Origin: the human T2T-CHM13v2.0 reference genome, Homo sapiens
Direction: 5' to 3' (one strand)
Length of the DNA: 64,000 nucleotides
Assembly: GCF_009914755.1 (NCBI RefSeq)
Contig: NC_060933.1
The notes under the pieces are model-generated. The model saw only the letters and a program-made list of their open reading frames with translations, ran no database searches and was not told the origin of the DNA. Below, in pieces: positions 54,901 through 64,000 of the stretch. The first letter of the stretch is position 1; every line of letters starts with the position of its first letter. The translations under genes were made by a program, and so were the position numbers.

Positions 54901-56145
54901 AAATTGACATTCATTTCAAAACCATATAAACTTTATTTTTTCTTAAAATTTTATGGTATCATTTTAAAAATTAATATAATAATTTTATCCTTGCCTATAT
55001 CACAAAACTTTATAAGCCCCCCAAAACAGAATTTTATGTAATAATTTTTAAAACATTCACATAAACATCAGTCACTTTTAATAATTCATCAGAAGAGAGT
55101 TATATGAGAAGTGATTCTCCTAGGTGACTGAATAGTTATATAAAGCTAGAATGATAATTGTAGATCTCAGAGCTACAGAGGAAAAACTAGTCTGCTCCCA
55201 CAAATGTCTTATTTTAAGACTTTCTTTAACATTTAAGGATTAACTAGTGGAGACAGATAATAAGGTTGAAAGGGAACAGGGAAAATCACACATGGAGAAT
55301 GGAGAGAATTTAGCCAATATGCATAATTTTAAATCTGACTTAAAGTATGCAAGTACTTTATAGAATTTTATATTCTAACTAAGAAAATAATCAAATTATG
55401 ATATCAACAGACTTAGAGAAAATATTCCCTATATTTGTTACAGAATAGATTACTATCCATAATAAGAGAACTAAAACAAAAAAAGTCAAGAAAAAAATGG
55501 ACAGAAATGGAAAAACAATTGACTTACAAAACCAGTGATTATGCTCAGGCTTACTGTATTTATCTGTAGGTGTTTTTAGTTTAAAGCAAATGAAATGTAG
55601 TATGGAGTTTATTTAGAGAGCAGTTATATTTATTAAAATAATATTTTGTAGCTCCAAGAAATTGTGGGTGAACTTGAAAATGTTCAGATCTAAGACAAAA
55701 ATGATGCCACAATACTGTTCACATTGCAGATACCCCCACTGCATTTGTTGAATATAAACACCATGTTTGCAACATTAACCTCAGTGACACCTGACAATGG
55801 AGATGCTGCTGGTATGTCAGAAGTGATTTTGGTGAGATTCCTGTTTACTTGTGTCTCTAATTACTGACACAGCATCTACGTATAGAGTACATATCTAACT
55901 TGTAATGCGTGCATGTTTCATTAATTCAAGGGAAGTTAGGCCTAAGATATTGATCAATTCATGCAGACTGCACACAGTACAGAAGAGGGGCTCCCAAAAG
56001 GTAATAAGAAACTATTTTAAGGATGCTACACAGTCATGAAAGACGGATAGGCATAAGAAGGAATTTCATTATTTTTAATTTTTTAATTTTTTAAGTTTAC
56101 ATACACAAATGTACATATGCACATAATGGGAATGCAATATAAGTT

Positions 56146-56165
56146 GTGTGTGTGTGTGTGTGTGT
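56146..56165. repeat. (TG)n microsatellite
   Basis: About 10 TG units. Confidence 0.9.
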
Positions 56166-56549
56166 ATAAACATAAAGAGGTTCAATGAACACTGAAAGTA
56201 TTTCATCACTGTGATAAATTAATACAAATAAAACAACACTGGGCATAGGTTTCCTCTAAATAACACCTCCCAAATAACACTTCCACAGGCTGACTCAAAC
56301 AGAGTGAAAAGAAACAAAAGGAATTATGCAATTTAGTAACCATTTACTTGTGAAAAAATAAAGACAAAAATTTAAATCTGTACAATAATTTAAAAGCAAG
56401 ATTTGTCAATATAGCCAAATTCTTGACCAACCAGTAAAAATTACAGGAAATTATTTTCAATAATTATGCAAATGTTTTGATAGAAACATGTTCATCTGTA
56501 CCAGAATTGGTTTTTATAGAAAGATTAAAATAGGACAAATGAAATTTTA

Positions 56550-56852
56550 TTTTTAAATTATTATTATTATTTTGATAGAGTTTCTCTCTATCACCCAGGC
56601 TGGAGTGCAGTGGCGTGATCCCCGCTCACTTCAGCCTCTGCCTCCTGGGTTCAAGCGATTCTCATGCCTCAGCCTCAAGTAGCTGGGATTACAGGTGCGT
56701 GCCACCACACCCAGCTATTTTTTTTTTACTTTTAGTAGAGACGGGGTTTCACCATGTTGGCCAGGCTAGTCTTGAACTCCTGGCCTCAAGTGGTTCATCC
56801 ACCTCGGCCTCCCAAAGTGCTGGGATTACAGGCATGAGCCACCATGCCCAGC
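56550..56852 (-). mobile_element. Alu (AluSz/Sx-like)
   Basis: Full antisense Alu; approximate TSD 'acaaatgaaatttta' / 'caaaataaaatttta'. Confidence 0.96.
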
Positions 56853-56960
56853 AACAAAATAAAATTTTAAGTATATTGCTGTAATGGAATAAAATACAAC
56901 TATTAATATAATGTTGTAAAAGTTCATAAAAAACCTCCCAAATTTTCACAACTTCATTCA

Positions 56961-57740
<780 letters not shown>

Positions 57741-60700
57741 AAATTATGTTTTAGAGGTGAGATTATGATGTAAGAATATTTGTGATACAGTAAATTAAAA
57801 AGAGGGCTTTATAAAACTGTGTAATGCATGTAAGATGTACGTGTGTGTATGTGTGTATGGTAAGTATGTGTATGTGTCTAAAGAAAAACTGCCAGGAACA
57901 CATAGACTACTGTTTTTGTATGTTTATATTGAATTTAATTGTAGGTATTCACTTATTTTCCACATTAAAATTAAAAATGCAAGCACAATAAATTATTTAG
58001 AAATGGACTGATGGAAAAGCAGCTAAGTCAGAAGCAATGGAAGTAAGTTCTTTGTACCTGAATGTACACACATCTGCACTGCAACCACAAACATAATTTC
58101 CCAATTTCTAATTTTTCTATTTGTCTCTTACCACACACTAATCTGATATTATTTAATATATCACGTTATAGCTTGTTGATCATTTATTATTATCATATTT
58201 TCTTTTTTTTCCATGAGTTATGCTATCCCTGCATAATAAGGGAAAAGTAACAATTCTATTCATTTTTGTATCCTGGTGACTAATAGAAAGTAAAAATGAA
58301 ATTGCTGATTATTAAATGGATCAATGAATTCCCTAGCGGCAGAAAATATATTGGCCAATGATGGCTATATCCAGAACTACAGAACTCCTGTAAACTTTGG
58401 CCACAATGGACCAAAAATGGTTAAAACAAAAATAAATGTTTGTAGGTATTATTTTGACACTTTCTTCCCCATCTTATTTAAAATTTGGATTTAATATCAG
58501 GTAAAACAATTTAGTGAATTTTCTTCCTCAATTCATAGCACTTTTTAAAAATCATAAGTCCAGCACTGGACATTTTATATTTATGTTTAAATTTGCTCAT
58601 GTCCTTTCATTATCACTTCTATTTCCTGTCCTCCTATAAGAACTATAGTACACAGTTTCATACAGATACTTACATATAAGTGTAGCTATAGTGTATTTGT
58701 GGAATAAATGCTTTAATATATACAAAGAGTATTATGCTCTAAATATTATCCCCTTCCAATTATTCAAAATTATTAGTGCATTCTTGTAGGTTTTGGGAGA
58801 CTTTCTTTGGCAATTTGCTGAACCACAGAGCAAAAACCACATTTAATTTCAATAAATAATGCCAGACTGCTTTCTACCATAGCTTTCACAATTAATACAC
58901 CTGAGAGTAGTAGAGTGTGAAGTTTCCCTCCCCTTACAACCTTTCCAACCCTTGGTATTATACTCCAATGCGCTATTCTGTTATTCTGATGTGTAATGTG
59001 GTATCCTTCTTGTACCATGGGTGCAAAATAAATCTTTATTATTTTAAGCTATTGAGAATTCTGGATCGTTTGTTACTAAAGCCTATAACCTGTCCTGATT
59101 GATTCAATGCCTATTCAAGCTTTCACTCTACTGAATGTTTAGAGCCATGTCAATTGGGTGTCCCTGAGGTTGTTAAGCTTGGGGTTTTACTTTGACAATT
59201 TAGATATTAAAAACACATTTGTTTGTTACCACCTTACCAGCTATTTATGCTGGAAAGTTAAAAGGAGACTGGAGTACAATACCAGCCAATTGTAAGCATA
59301 TAAAATGTCCATTATTCTATGTAATCCTTGCAATTATTTATGATGGATCATGATTTTGAAGTTGTTCAACTGTGAGAGCTGCTACTATATGATATGTCTC
59401 TAATTATCTATATAGCCATATTAAAATACAGCCACAGTGTTTTGTATAAAACGTTCAATTCTTAAGTATGTAATAGCTGATTTAGGTAGATGGGAAGCTT
59501 GATTAAAGCAGCAGCAATCAAAGTACTAGTCAAAGTAGTAAAATTAACCACTATCCTTAGGCAGTTGCAGAAATACTTGCAAACTAGTGTACTCTGCCAT
59601 TTGGAATTAAATAAGAGCAGGGATATGGTGTCACAATTTCAATAAATCATTACATTTAATTAAACATAGCAATAGAAGAGCTACACTCTTAATTAGGACT
59701 TATGGTTATAAGTATTTTAGAAACAATACAAAGTAATCAATTTGCTGGCCTGAAAGAATAGAAAGTGAAAATACACTTACTGAACTTGATTTTTCACTCT
59801 ATATTTTATTTTTTATCACAAGCATTTACATGAAAATAAAACTCCATAGTGTTTTATTCTCCAACGACACTGAGATTGTCATTGACATTTTTTCTTTCTT
59901 GGCTTTTCCAGGTGGACAATAGAAATCTTGAATGCTTATGGTATGGGTGACCGTAAAAGAACAAATTCAATGTCTAAGGGTAAGGTCCAGGACTCTCTTT
60001 TGATTTTGAGATACAGAAACACAATCTGAACCAGTTTAGGCAACACAAAGAAACATAGCAGGGGATAAAGGAACATCAATGATTGCTAAAAACAAAATAA
60101 AATGCAATTAGGATTCTATAAATTTGTATCCCATTTGTCCTAAGTTCTCTATGCAAATTTAATTCCCTCACCAAAGATTTCTTCATGAAACCGTAAGCAT
60201 AAACTCGATATATTTCTAGTTTTGAAATCCAAAAACTTGGTTTTTCTTAGTTCCAGTTTTAACATTCTACGACCACCCAAAGTAGCCTGGTGTGAATTAC
60301 ATAATCATCCCCATGACAAGGGGCTGGGCAGTATACTTTCCTTACAACCCTGGTTAAAATATTTGACTCTCCTTAAGGAAAAAACACCTGCAAGTAAATG
60401 TGCAGAGGTGAGAGGATGCAGGAGACAGAGGGAACAGATTGCATATATGTAATTTTTCTAACTTTAAAAGTTGAATATTATTAATGGATTAAACTTTGCT
60501 ATAGGTAAGCATAGCAAGTAAGCAAGTAAGTAAACAACAATAACAAGCAAAAACAATGAAATAATCACTGGCCCCTTGGCCCCTTGAATCCCCCTCTGAA
60601 GCATAAGACAAAAAATAAAAATGAAAAGATTAACTATAAAATGTTTATCTAAATTACCCAGAGTTGTTAAAAGACCCTAAGATGTCTACCAACTCCACAA

Positions 60701-60788
60701 TTATCACAGGAAATTTGGTGAAAGAAAACAAACAATACTACTAGGTGGAGAAAAATGTTGCACATTTTTTATTATAAAGAACAGCTAA

Positions 60789-60931
60789 GGACAGGTGTGA
60801 TAGCACACACCTGTAATCCCGGCACTTTGCGGGGATGAGGTGGGCAAGTTGCTTGGGCTCAGGAGTTTGAGACCAGCCTGGGCAACATGGCAAAACCCCA
60901 TCTTTACCAAAGAAAAAAAAATGGTGGCACA
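60789..60931 (+). mobile_element. AluJ left arm, truncated at the start of the right arm
   Basis: 'cctgtaatcccggcacttt…gagaccagcctgggcaacatggcaaaacccc…atggtggcacac'. Confidence 0.9.
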
Positions 60932-61740
60932 CAAAGAACCAGGTAAGCTGATGCTGTCTAGGGCAAGAGAAGTTGGATGTCCCAGCTCGAAGAGTGAGAG
61001 CAAATTTGCCCTTTCTCTGCCATTTTCTTTTAATTTACAAAAATTGTATATATTGTCACATACAAAATGTTTTGTAATATGTATACATTGTGGAATAGCG
61101 AAATTGAGCTAATTAACATATTCACTACTGCACATACTCATCATTTTTGTATGGTGAGAACAGTTGAAAAATACTATCTTAGCAGTTTTCAACCATATAA
61201 TACACTGTTATTAACTATAGCTGCACACAGCTGTGCAATATTTATTTATTCTATCCACCTGAAATTTTGTATCCTATGAACAACATTATCTCAACTCCCC
61301 CATCCCCTGCCCCTGGTAACCATCATTCTACTGCCTAGTTCTATGAGTTTGACATCAGAAAAGGGGTTGATATCCAAAATATATAAGCAACTCAAACAAC
61401 TGAATATTAAGAAAATATATAACCCAATTGAAAAATAGGTGAAAGATCTGAATAGGCATTTCTCAGAAGAAGATAAAGAAATGGCCAAAAGGTACATAAA
61501 GAAACGCTTAAAAATCTAATCATCAGAGATATGCAAATTAAAACCCCACTGAGTTATCACTTCTGCATTTTTATCTATTTGGGCTTTCTCACACTGTGGA
61601 GGGCCATCTGCTTTAATCATCTCACTAATCTAAATGCTAATCTCTTCTGGAAACATCCTCACAAAGACACCCAGAAATAATGTTTTACCAGCTGCCTGGG
61701 AATCTCTTAGCCCAGTAAAGTTGACATAAAATTAATCACA
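60932..61740 (-). mobile_element. MLT2 (MLT2C-like) LTR, partial, split by an L1 insert
   Basis: 'gggcaagagaagttggatgtcccagctc…ctctgcc' resumes at ~61561 '…aaatgctaatctcttctggaaacatcctcac…gttgacataaaattaatcaca'. Confidence 0.87.
61027..61560 (-). mobile_element. L1MA-type insertion with inverted 5' segment
   Basis: Antisense 3' UTR at 61027-61353; sense ORF2 piece at 61354-61560; approximate TSD tctgc(c)atttt. Confidence 0.88.
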
Positions 61741-61743
61741 CCC

Positions 61744-61840
61744 TACAATGGCAGAGTTGAGGAGTTGCAACAGAGATTGCATGGCCCGCAAAACTGAAAA
61801 CATTTGCCATCTGGTCCCTTACAGAAAAGGTTTGGCAATT
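61744..61840 (+). mobile_element. MER58-like (hAT-Charlie) DNA transposon, 3' part
   Basis: 'tacaatggcagagttgaggagttgcaacagaga…tggcccgcaaa…tctggtcccttacagaaaaggtttg'. Confidence 0.85.
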
Positions 61841-61869
61841 ACTACCTAATTTGATTATTTCATGTCTTT

Positions 61870-62150
61870 TCTTTGATCCCCAAATCTCCTATGCTTCCTC
61901 TGATATTTTCTCCACTTTCATTGAGAAAATCAGTCTAACACACACAAATATTCTCATCTTCCCATCACAAAACACAAACTTATTTCCATTTCCCCCTATT
62001 TTACTCATCTTCAATCAGTTTAAAAGGAGGAAGTGCACTTTTTTTCTACAAAAGGTTTATCATACTTGTAGTGCTCCGAGTCCCATCCTTTATTTTCTTC
62101 TTCAATATATTGCCCCTTCTGTAATTCCTTCTCTCTCTTTGCATTACTCC
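61870..62150 (+). mobile_element. L2 fragment
   Basis: 'ccactttcattgagaaaat', 'agtcccatcc…cttcaatatattgccccttctgtaattcc'. Confidence 0.55.
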
Positions 62151-62784
62151 TTGGCTTTCTATTCTTGGTTAATAAAGGTAATAACAGTAAAAGGTGAAAG
62201 GGGTTTTTTGTTTGTTTGTTTCCTGGGCATAAACTCATCCTAGAAAATATTACCAGTTTCTGTAACTGTCCTTTTCCTTCTATGCTTCCAAGTTCACAGA
62301 AATTTAATGATGTCATAAACTCATAGGGGACTGATTGATACATTTCACCAGAGTAATCCAAGATCTAGTAATCATACTTCTTTACTCCCCCAATGAATAA
62401 TTCCATTTCTCAGTGATGTTAATCTCAACAAGACTGCAAAGGAAAGAAAGCTGATTGATTTAATTTATAGGAGTATTGAAGGCCAATAATCTCTCCATTC
62501 AGAAAGATATCTTATTTGAAAAGCGAAGACTTGCTATTCAAAAGGATTTCTAGCTGGTGAAATTTTCAGAACAAGAAAGAGAAAGAAACCATTGTAAGTG
62601 ATAGAAAGTCTGTTGTTGTTCAGTTTTTGTTTGTTTTTGTTTTGCTGCACGAAGGGCACCACATAGCTTTTTGTTCGTTTTTTTGTTTTGTTTTGTTTTT
62701 TACAAGGGCTTCTAATTATGATTATTATCTATTTCACAATAAAGTGATTTAAACAATATATTATAGAAATAGCAGCAGGAGCAG

Positions 62785-63000
62785 CAATGACAAACATTGA
62801 CTCAGGTATAGAATTCTGTTCACTAGGCACCGTGCTCAGTACTTTAAATGTATTATCTCAGTTGATCATCAACCCTTTGAGACAGGTATGCTCGTTTTAC
62901 CCATGAGGAAATCAATCTTAGAGCAGCAACTTGCCCAAGATCACTCAGTTACTAGGTGATAGTGTAAATCAAAGCACCCTGAATCCTGAGCTTTCTATAT
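62785..63000 (-). mobile_element. MIR SINE
   Basis: 'ctaggcaccgtgctcagtactttaaatgtattatctca…atgaggaaa…acttgcccaagatcac'. Confidence 0.8.
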
Positions 63001-63142
63001 TTGTCATTGGACTATCTCTTGTAAACAAACCCAAACTGCAAAAACTGCATTGTCACCAAGAAAATGATTTTAGGACATCACCAGTACCCATATCTAGTTG
63101 GAACAGCCAAAAGGCTGAGAAAGAAATATGCTAAGGTTATAA

Positions 63143-63355
63143 CAATAATAGCTAATACTAATTGAGCCTTTTATATAAATTTATCCTCTTAATATTCACA
63201 ATAATCCCTATGAGATAGATACTTTCATTATAATTTCATGTATGAGGAAACTAAGTTACAGAGAGATTAAGTAACTTGCTCAAGATGACACAGGTAGTCA
63301 AAGAAGAATTATGACTTGAAATTAGCATCCTGGGCCCCCAGCTCAGTCTTAATCT
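63143..63355 (-). mobile_element. MIR SINE
   Basis: 'atgaggaaactaagttacagagagattaagtaacttgctcaagatgacaca'. Confidence 0.85.
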
Positions 63356-64000
63356 CTCAGTCTCTGCAGTACTTAGTTGTATCCTATTCTGTTTGGTCAC
63401 ATTTTTTCCATACTCTTAGAATCCTTAGATAATCAATATTGAAACTGAAAACTACTGATTACACACACACACCCACACACACACACAAATTCATGCAAGC
63501 CCACTATGATGAGCTATTTGGCAACTTAGAGCAGACTATTTTCTCTATAACCACAAAAAATAGGTCACTCAAGGCAGGAAATCACAAGTGGAAGGGGTAT
63601 CTGAGAAAACGTGCTGATCTCAGTGAGTTATGAGGGTGTTTTGTCACAGAGAATTATAAAATGCAATTCTGGATGGCTTTGAAGAGCAGATGGCATGAAT
63701 AATTATATTATCTTATTTACTTTACATTACAACCACAAAGAATGTAGTGCTATTGTCATTTTGGGAGATTAAGGGGTTTATTCATTTAACAATTGGTGGT
63801 GCCCAAAATTTAAACATAGCTCTAACTCCAAATCCTGGTATCTTAATATCTGACAGGCTCCAAAAAAATGACAAGGAATAAAGAGACCATTTTAGGAGTC
63901 AATGTGTTTACAAAACAAACAAGAAAATAAGAAAAACAATGAAGGGAGAAAGGAAGGATTTTTTAAAAAGATTATATTATCATTATGCCACTCTTAAAAT

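Overview
AT-rich, CpG-poor primate genomic DNA, most likely hominoid/human given Alu J/S, THE1 and an L1PA2-type insertion. It reads as intergenic or deep intronic. I find no credible protein-coding gene, tRNA/rRNA, CpG island or CRISPR array; the supplied ORFs that I can assign come from repeats and the rest look like chance. The window is a layered transposon record: MIR, L2 and old L1M fragments, a degraded ERVL gag-pro-pol segment (about 14.1-17.0 kb), solo LTRs (MLT1A/MSTD-, MLT2-, LTR16-, MER31/67-like), a complete THE1 LTR-int-LTR with a TTCAT target-site duplication (TSD), several L1s (two with twin-priming inversions) and ten Alu/FLAM copies. The most notable signals are: (1) a ~445 bp AT-rich nested quasi-palindrome at 1361-1806; (2) a ~425 bp local duplication whose first copy preserves the empty site of an L1 inserted in the second; (3) an optimal DUX4 motif plus splice donors in the THE1 3' LTR. 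I see no evidence for a new gene system. Repeat subfamily names come from recalled consensus sequences and need RepeatMasker/Dfam confirmation.
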